In this document: in pieces, positions 33,409-43,436 of the stretch
Layout of the letters: every line of letters starts with the position of its first letter
Position numbering within the stretch: the first letter of the stretch is position 1
Virus record (IMG/VR): IMGVR_UViG_3300033067_002102
Coordinates: 1-63,261 of that record
Source: a virus
Taxonomy: Duplodnaviria > Caudoviricetes
Strand: one strand, 5' to 3'
Length of the DNA stretch: 63,261 nucleotides
Program-made: the position numbers and the translations under genes
Notes under the pieces: generated by a model
Database searches by the model: none
Seen by the model: the letters and a program-made list of their open reading frames with translations, nothing else
What the model was told of the DNA's origin: nothing

Positions 33409-34393
33409 GACTCTCAGCGTCGCGCTCGTCACGCGCGGTGCCAACAAAAAGCGCGTCGCTCTCACCAAATCCCAAGGAGACGGCGTGACCACCACAGAAT
33501 TGCTCGCTCAGATTATCCAAAAGGGCGACATGCCCATGAGCGATGAAGAAATTGACAAGCTCTGCCAAGAAGGCGGCGTGGACGCGCAAGGCGCGGAGAC
33601 GTTCAAGGCCATGCTCAAGCTCGGCCAGTCCTTCTCGGACAATGAGTCCTTTGGCAAGCTCGTCAAAGAGAAGCTCCCGAGCTTGCTCGGGCTCGCGGAC
33701 AAGACGACCGAGCCAGCGAAGCCGGCAGCGACCGAAGGCGGGGAAGGGCCGAAGAAGCCAAACCCGCAAGCACAAGAAACCCAAACCGAAGAGCCGGCCA
33801 AAGAGCCCGGCGAGGAGCCCGAAGTGACCACGAAGACGGACGACGTGAAGAAGATGGACGACATGAAGGTGGCCTTGGAGAAGGCGGAGAAGACTGCCGC
33901 GGACGCGACGGTCAAGCTCGGCGCGCTCGAAGAGGTCACGAAGACCCAGGCCGAGACCATCAAGAAGATGCAAGACGACCTCGGCAAAGAGCGCGATGAG
34001 CGCAACTTGGCCGAGTGGGTGACCAAGTCCGAGAAGGACTTGGCGTTCATCCCCGGCAAATCCGCGAAGGAGCTGGGCGAGATGTTCCACAAGCTCGAAA
34101 AGGGCGTGGGCAAAGAAGCGGCGCAAGCCAACTTCGATGTGCAGAAGGCCGCGAGCGAAGCGCTCAGCAAGAGCGCCGCGTTCAAAGCCTCGGGCTCGGC
34201 GGTGCGCGGCTCGGCGGCGAAAGACGCCTACGCCAAGCTCGAAGAAATCGCCGCGGGTCTCATCGAGAAGGCGGACACCGGCAAGCCGGAGAGCGTGCGC
34301 AAGGCCGCCGCGATGGCCAAGGCCATCGAGCAAAACCCGGACCTCTACAAGGCGTATCTCGATGAGAACGCCGCGCAGACCGGCAAGCGCTAA
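33365..34393 (+). CDS. Capsid scaffolding protein
   Basis: LSVALVTRGAN N-terminus, long K/E/A-rich coiled coil, NPDLYKAY C-terminus; position before capsid genes. Confidence 0.75.
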   Translation: MQQSGGRIRRLTNVETLSVALVTRGANKKRVALTKSQGDGVTTTELLAQIIQKGDMPMSDEEIDKLCQEGGVDAQGAETFKAMLKLGQSFSDNESFGKLVKEKLPSLLGLADKTTEPAKPAATEGGEGPKKPNPQAQETQTEEPAKEPGEEPEVTTKTDDVKKMDDMKVALEKAEKTAADATVKLGALEEVTKTQAETIKKMQDDLGKERDERNLAEWVTKSEKDLAFIPGKSAKELGEMFHKLEKGVGKEAAQANFDVQKAASEALSKSAAFKASGSAVRGSAAKDAYAKLEEIAAGLIEKADTGKPESVRKAAAMAKAIEQNPDLYKAYLDENAAQTGKR

Positions 34394-34563
34394 GGCGCCC
34401 GCATGACTTCCCCGGCTCGCGCATGCGGGCCGCATATCAGGCGCTCAGCCTGACCCGGCGCAGCCGGACCCAAACCAAATCAGCAAGCGAAAGAAACCAC
34501 GCCGAGCGCGCGAGCGCGCCGGCTCAACTTCGGACCAAAGGGTCCATGTAAGGAGATTTGCAC

Positions 34564-34956
34564 ATGGCTTACGAAGGCGCATTGAACAAACTGCCCGGCA
34601 TTGAGAGCGGCGCGCTGGCGCTCTCCGCGTCGCAATTCAAGTTCGTCCAGCTCAACTCCTCGGGTCAGGCCATCTTGGCCGCGACCGCGGGGCAAATGGG
34701 CGTCATCGGCGTCTTGCAAGACAAGCCCGCCGCGGTCGGTCAGCCGGCGAGCATCGCCCACGCGGGCGTGACCAAAATCGTGACCGGCTCGGCCATCACG
34801 GCGGGCGGCAAGGTGCTCACGGACGCGAACGGCGCCGCCATCTCGGCCGCGGCCACCTCGGTCCAAGCGGTGCTCGGTCGCGCGCTCGAAAGTGCGACCG
34901 CCGCGGGCGCCACCATCTCGATGATTTTCCAGCGCGAAGGAACCAACGACCTCTAA
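34564..34956 (+). CDS. Capsid cement/decoration protein (DUF2190-like)
   Basis: IGVLQDKP, AITAGGKV..DANG.A, LGRALESA. Confidence 0.8.
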   Translation: MAYEGALNKLPGIESGALALSASQFKFVQLNSSGQAILAATAGQMGVIGVLQDKPAAVGQPASIAHAGVTKIVTGSAITAGGKVLTDANGAAISAAATSVQAVLGRALESATAAGATISMIFQREGTNDL

Positions 34957-35033
34957 CCCGGGTCGCGAACCGCAAAACGAAAACAACGCGGCGCGATGCG
35001 ACCGCAACAAAACGAAAGGAAGGTTAGAGTCAT

Positions 35034-36005
35034 ATGCCGCAACCCACTTTGAGCGATGTCCATGTCAACCGACCGTTGACGGACATGAGCTTCGCCTACG
35101 CGGCGGAGCAAGAGACCGTGGCGGACAAGATGTTCCCGGTCATCCCGCACATGAGCAAATCGGATTCGTTCTACACGTATCCGAAGGGCAACTGGTTCCG
35201 CTTGCAGGCCAAGAAGCGCGCGCCGGGCGTGGAAAGCGCCGGCTCGGGCTACGAGGTCAGCACGGACACGTTCAACTGTGACGTGTTCGCCATCCACAAG
35301 GACGTGGATGACCAAATCCGCGCGAACGCGGACCCCAACTTCAACTTGGACGCCGAAGCCGCGCGCTTCGTGACGATGCAACTCTTGCTCAAGCGAGAGT
35401 ATGACTTCGCTCAGGCGTTCTTCAAGGCGTCCACGTGGACGGGCTCCACCTCCGGTGGCGACATCACGCCGTCCAACAAGTGGGACACCGCCAACGGCAC
35501 GCCCATCAAGGACATCTCCTTGCAGCTCGATGCGGTGCAAGGCAAGACGGGCATTCGCCCGAACAAGGCCCTCTTCGGCAAGGCCGCGTGGTCGTGCTTC
35601 TTGAACAACGCGGAGGTGCTGGACCGCATCAAGTACAGCTCCTCGCCGCAGAATCCGGCGATGGCGAGCAAGCAGCTCGCGGCGCAATTGCTCGGCGTGG
35701 ACGAAGTCCTCGTGGCGGGCGCGGTGTACAACAACACCATCGAAGGCGCGACCGATGCGCTTTCGTACATGTTCACCACGGACAGCGTCTTGCTGACCTA
35801 CGCGCCTCCGGCCGCGGGCATCATGACGCCGAGCGCCGGCTACATCTTCTCGTGGACGCAATACCTCGCGGCGGCGAACAGCCTCCGCGTGTCGCGCTTC
35901 CGCATGGATGAGCTGCGCTCCGACCGCGTGGAAGGTGAAATGGCCTACGCCATGAAGCTCGTGGCCGCCGACCTCGGCGCCTACTTCGTGAGCGTGGACA
36001 CCTAA
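35034..36005 (+). CDS. Major capsid protein
   Basis: DVHVNRPLTDMSFAY...ADKMFPVIP; size and position. Confidence 0.88.
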   Translation: MPQPTLSDVHVNRPLTDMSFAYAAEQETVADKMFPVIPHMSKSDSFYTYPKGNWFRLQAKKRAPGVESAGSGYEVSTDTFNCDVFAIHKDVDDQIRANADPNFNLDAEAARFVTMQLLLKREYDFAQAFFKASTWTGSTSGGDITPSNKWDTANGTPIKDISLQLDAVQGKTGIRPNKALFGKAAWSCFLNNAEVLDRIKYSSSPQNPAMASKQLAAQLLGVDEVLVAGAVYNNTIEGATDALSYMFTTDSVLLTYAPPAAGIMTPSAGYIFSWTQYLAAANSLRVSRFRMDELRSDRVEGEMAYAMKLVAADLGAYFVSVDT

Positions 36006-36088
36006 GCGATAATATCGCTTGCGCTTCTAATTCCTCCCTGGGGTGAGAGGACGCAGGGAAAGCCGCATGTGGAGCAAAGCCAGGCTTG

Positions 36089-36125
36089 ACGGCGGGAGAG
36101 ACCGCACCGTTTTCGCTCACTCACC
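36089..36125 (+). promoter_or_regulatory. GAGAGA-loop hairpin followed by TTTT and CTCACC (terminator/attenuator candidate)
   Basis: GCGG-GAGAGA-CCGC; parallels 40074-40100. Confidence 0.4.
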
Positions 36126-36139
36126 TATCGGAGGAAATT

Positions 36140-36376
36140 ATGGGATACGTTGCAAATCGGCCCGGCATCAAAGTGGTGCGCGAGGGTCAGACCGTGGAGT
36201 TGCTCGTAGGGGACGCGTTCCCCGAGGCACCGAAGTCCCCAAACTTCAACGCGCTCGTGCGCACGAACCAAGTGGTCTTCATCCCGGATGAAGCGCCCTT
36301 GGTCGCGGGCGGACAACCGGCGCAGGTCGCGCAAGCGCAGAATGCCGGCATCAAGGCCGCGAACAAGGGGAAGTAA
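36140..36376 (+). CDS. Small virion-associated hypothetical protein
   Basis: GGAGG RBS. Confidence 0.7.
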   Translation: MGYVANRPGIKVVREGQTVELLVGDAFPEAPKSPNFNALVRTNQVVFIPDEAPLVAGGQPAQVAQAQNAGIKAANKGK

Positions 36377-36379
36377 GCG

Positions 36380-36817
36380 GTGACGTGGACCTACACGAAT
36401 AGCCCCGGCACGAGCCAGCGCGATGAAGTGCGGCTCACCATCGGGGACACGGACACCTCAGACCAACTCATAAGCGACGAAGAAATCGCTTACGCGCTGG
36501 CGAAGACGGGGTCCGTGCTCGGCGCATCGGCGCAGATGGCGCGAGCCATCGCGGCGAAGTTTGCCCGGCTCGTGACATCAGCCGTGGGCTCGGTCTCCGA
36601 ATCCGCCAGCGATTTGTGGCAGCACTACAAGGAGCTTGCGGACGACTTGGAGCTACAGGCGGCCACGCTCTCCATGCCGAGCTTCGGCGGCCTCACGGTC
36701 GCGGAGCACCTCAGCGATGCGCAAGACACGGGGCTCGTTCAGGCCGCGAACAAGCGCGACCAATTCGACAACCCGCAGGCCGTCTCCTCGCAAGACAGCC
36801 CGGAGTGGAAGCGCTGA
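36380..36817 (+). CDS. Head-tail adaptor
   Basis: DEVRLTIGDTD...LISDEEI..L; position. Confidence 0.8.
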   Translation: MTWTYTNSPGTSQRDEVRLTIGDTDTSDQLISDEEIAYALAKTGSVLGASAQMARAIAAKFARLVTSAVGSVSESASDLWQHYKELADDLELQAATLSMPSFGGLTVAEHLSDAQDTGLVQAANKRDQFDNPQAVSSQDSPEWKR

Positions 36818-37305
36818 TGGGCTTCTCCGTCATCATGCCGAAGAAGACCACGGCGCAGTTTGAAGACGTGGTGGCGCGCCTCAAGGATGCGGCGCGCAAC
36901 CCTGCGCTTACGGTCGGCGTGCATCGTGACGAGGCCCGCAAGCGCGAAGAGCCGGGCGGCCCAACAAACGCAGACCTCGCGCTGTGGCACGAATTCGGTA
37001 CGGAGGATGTGCCGGCGCGCCCGTTCATCCGCCCCGTGCTTGCGGCAAACCGCGCCATCTACGCCAAGCTCCTCAAGCAGTATTACAAGAGCGGCAAGAC
37101 GCCCGTGGAATGCCTCAAGTTGCTCGGGATGGTCATCGTCTCGGACATGCGCAAGGGGCTCCTCCGCGGCGTCAAGCCGGACCTCTCCGAAGGTCGTGTG
37201 GAGGCGAAGCGCGAGGCCGGTTATCCGCGCCCGCATACGCCGCTCTTTGCGACCGGCGCGCTCTTCAACTCCATCGCCGCGAAGGTGGAGGAGACGAAGA
37301 AGTGA
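36817..37305 (+). CDS. Neck/tail-completion protein
   Basis: HEFGT..VPARPFIRP, PLFATGAL.NSI. Confidence 0.8.
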   Translation: MGFSVIMPKKTTAQFEDVVARLKDAARNPALTVGVHRDEARKREEPGGPTNADLALWHEFGTEDVPARPFIRPVLAANRAIYAKLLKQYYKSGKTPVECLKLLGMVIVSDMRKGLLRGVKPDLSEGRVEAKREAGYPRPHTPLFATGALFNSIAAKVEETKK

Positions 37306-37682
37306 GCCTCATCCGTCGCAAACTTCGGATGGACCGAGTGGTCAAGCGCTTCGCTTTGACTGCGGACCTCATGATTGAACGCTTCGGCGGTGGTGCCTAC
37401 GTGGACGGCCGCTGGGTGAACGAGCAACCCACGCAAGTGGCGCTCACGGCGAACGTTCAGCCCGCGGGCGGGCGGCAGCTTATGCGCCTCCCCGAGGGCG
37501 ACCGCACGCGCGACAACATCACGGTGTGGAGCACGAGCGAGCTACGCCCCGTTGCGCGAGCACAGGGCAAGCCGGGAGACCTCGTGCTCTGGAACGGCGA
37601 GCGCTACGAGGTCATTCAGCTCAACGATTGGAGCGCGAACGGCGACTACTGGGAAGCCACGTGCGCGAAGGTGGACCAATGA
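37302..37682 (+). CDS. Head closure protein
   Basis: ANVQPA...LPEGDR...DLVLWNGERYEV; position. Confidence 0.75.
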   Translation: MSLIRRKLRMDRVVKRFALTADLMIERFGGGAYVDGRWVNEQPTQVALTANVQPAGGRQLMRLPEGDRTRDNITVWSTSELRPVARAQGKPGDLVLWNGERYEVIQLNDWSANGDYWEATCAKVDQ

Positions 37683-38248
37683 CGAGCACCGCAATGGACT
37701 GGCGCGCCATCGAGGCGGCGTTCAAAGGGCTCGTCAAGGGCGCCATCGGGCTTGAGTGCGTGTGGGGGAACAGCAACGGCGTTCAACCTGACCGCTCCTA
37801 CGTCATGCTTACGTGGCTCGGCTTTGACAATATTTCCGATAGCGGTTCTTATGATTCTTTCGACGAAGCGCGCAACGTCATCTCGCGCAACTACTACGCC
37901 AGCCGCACGGCGCAAGTAGATGTGCAAGCGATTGCAAAGAGCAATCGAGCCGGTGACAACGCGCTCGCGTTCGTGGACGCGCTCATGGTCGCCTTCGACA
38001 TGGAAGCGCTCCCGAAGAGATGGCTTGCGCCGGTAGGCATAGCCGTGTCAGATTTCACCGCAGCGCGACTTCTCGACGCAGTCGAGGACGGTGGCCGCAT
38101 CGTCAGCCGCGCAGCATTCACCCTAAAACTCAACCTGGCCGCTAACGTGGCCGGGGCAGAGACGCCGACCACCATCGAATCGGTGGCGCTCACCGGCAAT
38201 GTTTCTGGCCTAACCGGCGCGTTGAGCGTCGCACGAGAGGACACCTAA
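37679..38248 (+). CDS. Tail terminator protein
   Basis: Position directly before sheath; QPDRSYV motif. Confidence 0.7.
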   Translation: MTSTAMDWRAIEAAFKGLVKGAIGLECVWGNSNGVQPDRSYVMLTWLGFDNISDSGSYDSFDEARNVISRNYYASRTAQVDVQAIAKSNRAGDNALAFVDALMVAFDMEALPKRWLAPVGIAVSDFTAARLLDAVEDGGRIVSRAAFTLKLNLAANVAGAETPTTIESVALTGNVSGLTGALSVAREDT

Positions 38249-39582
38249 TGGCTGGCTTGGACGACATCATCAACCTGACCATCACCATCGAATCCAGCTC
38301 CATCACGCGGGCGGGCTTCGGCACGCCACTCGTGGCGGACTACAACACGCGCTATTCCGGCGCGCTTGTGCGGAGCTACAGCAAGCCGAGCGCGATGGTG
38401 GCGGACGGCTTCGTCGTGTCGGACCCGGCTTACGTCGCGGCGAATGCGATGATGAGCCAGAACCCGCGCCCGCGCACCGTGAAAATCGGACGCCGCACGC
38501 ACGGCCCGGCGCAGCGCTTCAACTTCACGCCGCTCACCGGCACCGCGCGCACCTACGCGTTCGGCATCGCCATCACAGGCGGCGCCAAGCAATCGGTGAG
38601 CTATGCCGCGGCCTCCGCGGACTCGGCGAACACCATCGTCAACGCGCTCACGGCGCAAGTGGCCGCACTCTCGGGCTACGGTGGCGCCGGCCTCACGGCG
38701 AGCAACCAAACGGGCGTGCTCCGCATCCAAGGCCCGGCAACGGGTCCGAAGTTCGTGGTCACGGACGCGGACATCTCGCAATGGACGAGCATCCTCGATG
38801 ATACGCAAGACGCGTCACTCGCCACGGACCTCGATGCCATCGAGCTGGAGGACTCGGACTGGTACGGCTTCATCAGCACGTCCAAGGGAACGAACGAGCT
38901 GAACGCCGCGGCCGGCTGGGTCGCGTCGCGCCGCAAGTTCTTCATCGGCGGCACGCAAAACAGTGACATCGCCAGCGCGGTCACGAATGACATCGCCTCT
39001 ACGCTCAAGGCCGCGAGCCAAGTGCGCACGGCCTTGTTCGTGAACGACGGCGCGCACAACCAAGGCGACGCGGCGGCGCTCGGCAAGTGGCTTCCGTACA
39101 CGCCGGGCTCCGAGACCATGAAGTTCAAGACCATCGTCGGCGTGTTGCCGACGAAGTGGACGGACACCCAGCTCGGCTACATCAAGGCCAAGAACGCCAA
39201 CTACTACATCACGGTGGCCGGCACCTCGATGTTTGGCGAGGGCAAGACGTGCCAGGGCGAATTCATGGACACGATTCGTTTCGTGGACTGGCTCTACGCG
39301 AACATCCAAGAGGAAATCTTCGGCATCCTCAACCGTGAAATCAAGGTGCCATTCACGGACGATGGCGTGGCGCAAATCGAAAGCGGTATCCGCGCGGTGC
39401 TCAAGCGCGGTGTGAACGCGGGCGGCTTGGCGAAGAACCCGGCTTTCTCGGTCACGGTGCCGCTCGTGGCGGACGTGAGCACGCTCGACAAGAGCGCGCG
39501 CCGCCTCCCGGACATCACCTTTAACGCAACCTTGGCCGGCGCGATTCACGAGCTGGACATCTCTGGAACCGTGTCCGTCTAA
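38248..39582 (+). CDS. Contractile tail sheath protein (DUF3383-like)
   Basis: AGFGTPL, MKFKTIVGV, GEFMDTIRFVDWL, KVPFTDDG, AGAIH. Confidence 0.93.
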   Translation: MAGLDDIINLTITIESSSITRAGFGTPLVADYNTRYSGALVRSYSKPSAMVADGFVVSDPAYVAANAMMSQNPRPRTVKIGRRTHGPAQRFNFTPLTGTARTYAFGIAITGGAKQSVSYAAASADSANTIVNALTAQVAALSGYGGAGLTASNQTGVLRIQGPATGPKFVVTDADISQWTSILDDTQDASLATDLDAIELEDSDWYGFISTSKGTNELNAAAGWVASRRKFFIGGTQNSDIASAVTNDIASTLKAASQVRTALFVNDGAHNQGDAAALGKWLPYTPGSETMKFKTIVGVLPTKWTDTQLGYIKAKNANYYITVAGTSMFGEGKTCQGEFMDTIRFVDWLYANIQEEIFGILNREIKVPFTDDGVAQIESGIRAVLKRGVNAGGLAKNPAFSVTVPLVADVSTLDKSARRLPDITFNATLAGAIHELDISGTVSV

Positions 39583-39606
39583 GACGGGCGAGAAAGGACG
39601 AGCATC

Positions 39607-40044
39607 ATGGGTTTGAAAGTTTACGACCCCGCGCAAGTGGTGGTCATTTTCGGCGGGGCGAAAATCGACGGCATGGCGCCGTCCAGCCGAGTCAAAATCA
39701 CCTTCCCCGAGCTTTACACGAAGGTGGTGGGCATTGACGGCGAGGTGGGCCGCGGCAAGAAGAACGACCGCACGGCCTCCGTCACCATTGAGTTGCTCCA
39801 GACGAGCTTGAGCAACGATGTGTTGATGGCCTTTTTCGTGGCGGACGACGCGAGCCCCATCGGCGCGATTCTCCCGCTCATGATTAAGAACCTCAACGGG
39901 ACCACGCTCTTCGTCACGCCTGGCGCGTGGATTAAGAAGCTCCCCGAGGTCACCTACGCGGCGGAGGTCGGGACCAACACGTGGGAAATCGACTGCTCCG
40001 ACGTGGAGAGCTTCGTGGGCGGACAAGTCAGCGTCACGGGCTAA
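39607..40044 (+). CDS. Tail tube protein (DUF3277-like)
   Basis: YDPAQVVV, VGIDGE, TIELLQTS.SN, WEI. Confidence 0.9.
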   Translation: MGLKVYDPAQVVVIFGGAKIDGMAPSSRVKITFPELYTKVVGIDGEVGRGKKNDRTASVTIELLQTSLSNDVLMAFFVADDASPIGAILPLMIKNLNGTTLFVTPGAWIKKLPEVTYAAEVGTNTWEIDCSDVESFVGGQVSVTG

Positions 40045-40073
40045 CCTTTTTCCGAACGCGGGAGTGCGTGACA

Positions 40074-40100
40074 GCGCGGAGAGACGCGCAGCTCTCACCC
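40074..40100 (+). promoter_or_regulatory. GAGAGA-loop hairpin plus CTCACC before RBS
   Basis: GCGCG-GAGAGA-CGCGC. Confidence 0.4.
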
Positions 40101-40113
40101 AAGGAGGACGAAC

Positions 40114-40572
40114 ATGCCACAGTTTCCGGTCAGCAAAGTCATCAACGGCACCACCTACGAGCTTCGGGCGATGGACCCGTTGCTCGTCTTCGACCACGGG
40201 TCAAAGCTCGTGGCGGAGATTGCGGGCCCCGTCACGGACAAGCTCGCGCTCGGCGGCTCGGTCGAATTCACCAAAGCCGCCTTTGTCCAAGTGGGCGTGG
40301 GCGCTATCGGCGAAATCTTGAAGCGCTTGAGCGCACCGGCCGTGCGCGCGGCGGTGCTCGACCTCTTCAAGTACGCGACCGCGAACAATGTGGAGCTGGA
40401 GGCAACGTGGAAAGTCCACTTCCTCGGCAAGACCAAAGACCTTGTGGCGTTTCTCGCGTTTGCCCTGGAGGTGCAATTCGGGGATTTTTTCGTCGGGCTG
40501 GGAGAACAGGTAGCCGGCGCTCTGAAAGAGCGTTTCGCGTTGCTCGCCTCAGCCACGGCGCAAAAAGCGTAG
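40114..40572 (+). CDS. Tail assembly chaperone (G-like)
   Basis: Between tube and TMP; ALEVQFGDFF motif. Confidence 0.8.
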   Translation: MPQFPVSKVINGTTYELRAMDPLLVFDHGSKLVAEIAGPVTDKLALGGSVEFTKAAFVQVGVGAIGEILKRLSAPAVRAAVLDLFKYATANNVELEATWKVHFLGKTKDLVAFLAFALEVQFGDFFVGLGEQVAGALKERFALLASATAQKA

Positions 40573-40772
40573 GGCTCCCGCCGCACCTCTCTTGGCAGTA
40601 TCCGATTATGCGGCTCGTGCTGGAGCGCATCGCGAGCCTGGAGGAGATACGGAGGAGTTGGACGGTGGGACAAGTGCTTGATTACAACGAAGCCTTGGAC
40701 CTCCAAACAGACGCCGAGCTGAACGTGGCGGAAGCGCAGCGGGACGCGATGGAGGCGCAGAGAACGAGGTAG
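40485..40772 (+). CDS. -1 frameshift extension of the tail chaperone (GT-like)
   Basis: Open -1 frame; slippery T TTT TTC at 40485-40491 or CAAAAAG at 40561; SLEEI..WT..V.D.NEALD motif. Confidence 0.65.
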   Translation, partial: FFRRAGRTGSRRSERAFRVARLSHGAKSVGLPPHLSWQYPIMRLVLERIASLEEIRRSWTVGQVLDYNEALDLQTDAELNVAEAQRDAMEAQRTR

Positions 40773-40779
40773 GAGCCAC

Positions 40780-42447
40780 ATGGCAACCGTGCTTGAAGAA
40801 TACTTGGTCAAGTTCGGCTTCGACACGAAGCTTGAAGGCGTTGACCGCATGGTGGGCCTGCTCAAATCGAGCAAGGAGCTTTTCAGCTCCATCCGCGAGC
40901 CCTTCGACGCATTCAACCAAGCGCTGACCGCGCTCGGCACCATCACCAGCACCATCACGAAGCCGATTGCGGATGTCATCAACATGACCACGCAAACGGC
41001 GCTCGCGGCGAACGAGCTGAACGACTCCGCCAAGCGCCTCGGCGTAGCGTCTGAGGACTTGGAGCGCTTCGGTTACGTCGCGGACATGAGCGGCAGCTCG
41101 GCCGAGAGCATGAACCAGGCGCTCTTCTTCTTGAACAAGGAGATGGCGAACGCCGCCTCCGGCAACAAGGAGAGCATCAAGACGTTCACGGACCTCGGCG
41201 TGAAGCTCACGGACGTGAACGGCAAGACGCGCGAGACCGGCGCGGTCATGCAAGAGACGCTGGCCGCCATCGCAAAGATTGAAGACCCGGCGAAGAAGAA
41301 CGCCGCGGCGCTCAGTGTGTTTTCTAAATCCGCTTTCGACATTAAAGGCGTGCTCGAAAACGACGCACAAGCGCTTGCGGATTTGAACGCAGAATTTGAA
41401 GTCCTCGGCGGGCCCACGAGTCAGAAGCTCATTGCGCAAGGCGCCGAGCTGGACGACTCGTTCAACCGTATCAAGCGAGCGGTGGACAGCTTCAAGCGGA
41501 GCTTCACCGAAGGCATCATGCCGGCGTTCAACGGCTTCACGAAGTGGGTAGAAAAGTTCCTCAAGGAGAACGGGCCGGGCATCCGGCGTTTCTTTGAGAC
41601 GCTTGGGACCATCATCGCGACCATGGCAGACGTGGCGGGCGGCGCGCTCGACACGTTTTATCAGGCGCTCAAGCACGTCTTCGACAACTTCGAGGTCTAC
41701 GGCACCATCCTCGCCATCTTCAAAGCCAAGAGCATCGCCGCGGCGGTCGCTTCGGGCGCGGCGTGGGCCATTGCAAACGCGCCGTTGCTGCTCACCATCG
41801 CCGCGGTGCTCCTTGCCATCGTTGCCTTGGAGGACTTCTTCGGCTTTTTGCAGGGCAAGGACTCGGTCATCGGTGACATCGTCGCGCACTGGGACGAGTG
41901 GTCCGAGAAGATGCGCGAGATTTCGCCCATCCTCGGCTACATCATGGATGCGCTCGGCGGCGTAGGGCGCGGCATCATGGCCGTGGTGGAGATGTTCCGC
42001 GGACTCCTCGCGGCGTTTCAAGAGGGCGGCTGGAGCGCGGTGTGGAAGGAAATCACCGCGAGCTTCGACACGGCCGTGACCTACTGGAAAAACACCTTCA
42101 TGAATTTCCTCTCGTGGCTCGGCGAAGTTTTCACGAGTGCGGGCGGAGCGATTTGGGCCAAGTTGACCGGTGGGCTCAAGAGCCTTGCCGGCTCGCTGGG
42201 CATTGACATCGGCGGAGGCACGGGTGCCGCGGCGAGCATCGGCGCGAGCACGAGCACCGTGTCCAACTCGATGATGTCCAGCTCAAGCAGCAAGAACACC
42301 ACGAACCAAGTGAGCGCGCCTATCACCATCCAAGCCACGCCCGGCATGAACGAGCGCGAGCTTGCCACGCAAGTGGAGCAGCGCTTCCAAGAAATGTTCC
42401 GCTCTGAGGTGCGCTCGTCCTACCCGGACGTAGCGTATTCGAGGTAA
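40780..42447 (+). CDS. Tape measure protein (555 aa)
   Basis: Helical, Ala-rich; EYLVKFGF start; position. Confidence 0.88.
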   Translation: MATVLEEYLVKFGFDTKLEGVDRMVGLLKSSKELFSSIREPFDAFNQALTALGTITSTITKPIADVINMTTQTALAANELNDSAKRLGVASEDLERFGYVADMSGSSAESMNQALFFLNKEMANAASGNKESIKTFTDLGVKLTDVNGKTRETGAVMQETLAAIAKIEDPAKKNAAALSVFSKSAFDIKGVLENDAQALADLNAEFEVLGGPTSQKLIAQGAELDDSFNRIKRAVDSFKRSFTEGIMPAFNGFTKWVEKFLKENGPGIRRFFETLGTIIATMADVAGGALDTFYQALKHVFDNFEVYGTILAIFKAKSIAAAVASGAAWAIANAPLLLTIAAVLLAIVALEDFFGFLQGKDSVIGDIVAHWDEWSEKMREISPILGYIMDALGGVGRGIMAVVEMFRGLLAAFQEGGWSAVWKEITASFDTAVTYWKNTFMNFLSWLGEVFTSAGGAIWAKLTGGLKSLAGSLGIDIGGGTGAAASIGASTSTVSNSMMSSSSSKNTTNQVSAPITIQATPGMNERELATQVEQRFQEMFRSEVRSSYPDVAYSR

Positions 42448-42450
42448 CGC

Positions 42451-43053
42451 ATGCCGCTTCCGTTTGTACCGGTGCACGCCAAGCTCACCGCGTTCGATGA
42501 GAACGGCATCCCGGTCTACTTCAAGACGGTGGACGTGATGCTCTCTGAGACGCACGTGAGCAAGGTGGTGGTGTCACGGCACCCGGTGGGCAAGGGCATC
42601 CCCATTGCGGACAACGTGCGACCCGAGCCCAAGACCTTCGAGTGTGTGGCGTACTTTACGGACACGCCCGCGGCGGTGGACCAAATCATCGAGAAGACCG
42701 CGAAGGGGCTGGAGAGTGTCAGCGAGACCTATGACCAGCTAGCGGAAATAATGACGAAGGCGTGGACCTTCACCGTCAAGACGAGCTTCCGTGAGTATGA
42801 AAACATGGTGCTCGAATCGATGAGCGTCCCGCGCGCGAACGACCGCGCAAACTGCATTGAGGCAAGCCTCAAGTTCGTGGAGTTTCGCAAGGCGCAGAGC
42901 GTGCGCGTCGGCATACCAGCGAAGAAGCCCGCGGCGAAAGCGGCGGGCAAGGCCGCGGCGAAGGGCGCGCAGACGGCCACGACCGCGGCGAAGGAGACCT
43001 CCAAGACGGTAGCCAAAAAGGCGTTGAACTTCGTGACCAAGCTTTTGAAATAG
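42451..43053 (+). CDS. Tail-tube initiator / baseplate (Dit-like) protein
   Basis: SETH...RHPV..G..IADNV...YENMVLES. Confidence 0.8.
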   Translation: MPLPFVPVHAKLTAFDENGIPVYFKTVDVMLSETHVSKVVVSRHPVGKGIPIADNVRPEPKTFECVAYFTDTPAAVDQIIEKTAKGLESVSETYDQLAEIMTKAWTFTVKTSFREYENMVLESMSVPRANDRANCIEASLKFVEFRKAQSVRVGIPAKKPAAKAAGKAAAKGAQTATTAAKETSKTVAKKALNFVTKLLK

Positions 43054-43061
43054 GACGGACC

Positions 43062-43436
43062 ATGTTGCTCGTGACGACGTACCCGCAAGAGGAAAACTAC
43101 AACATGCAAGTGAGCCTTGAGGGCGTCACTTACGTGTTGTCGTTTCTGTGGAACGCGCGGTGTGAGGCGTTCTTCATTAGCATGTCCAGCGTGGACGGCA
43201 CGAAGCTCGTCTCCGGCGTGAAGCTCTGCGCGAGCACGCCGCTTTTTGCAAATGTGCGCCTCGGGCCGCCCGGCGTGCTCTTCGTTTACGACTCCTCGGG
43301 CCAAGACAAAGACCCGGGCAAGCTGGAGCTGGGCAAGGACAAGCGGTGCCAGCTCTACTATCTCACGGCCGCGGAGGTCGCGCTCCTCCAGCAAGGCTAT
43401 GACGTGTTCGCGGGGGCGGTAGATGCCTCAACGTGA
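43062..43436 (+). CDS. Baseplate plug-like protein
   Basis: VSLEGVTY.LSF.WNAR...LYY. Confidence 0.7.
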   Translation: MLLVTTYPQEENYNMQVSLEGVTYVLSFLWNARCEAFFISMSSVDGTKLVSGVKLCASTPLFANVRLGPPGVLFVYDSSGQDKDPGKLELGKDKRCQLYYLTAAEVALLQQGYDVFAGAVDAST

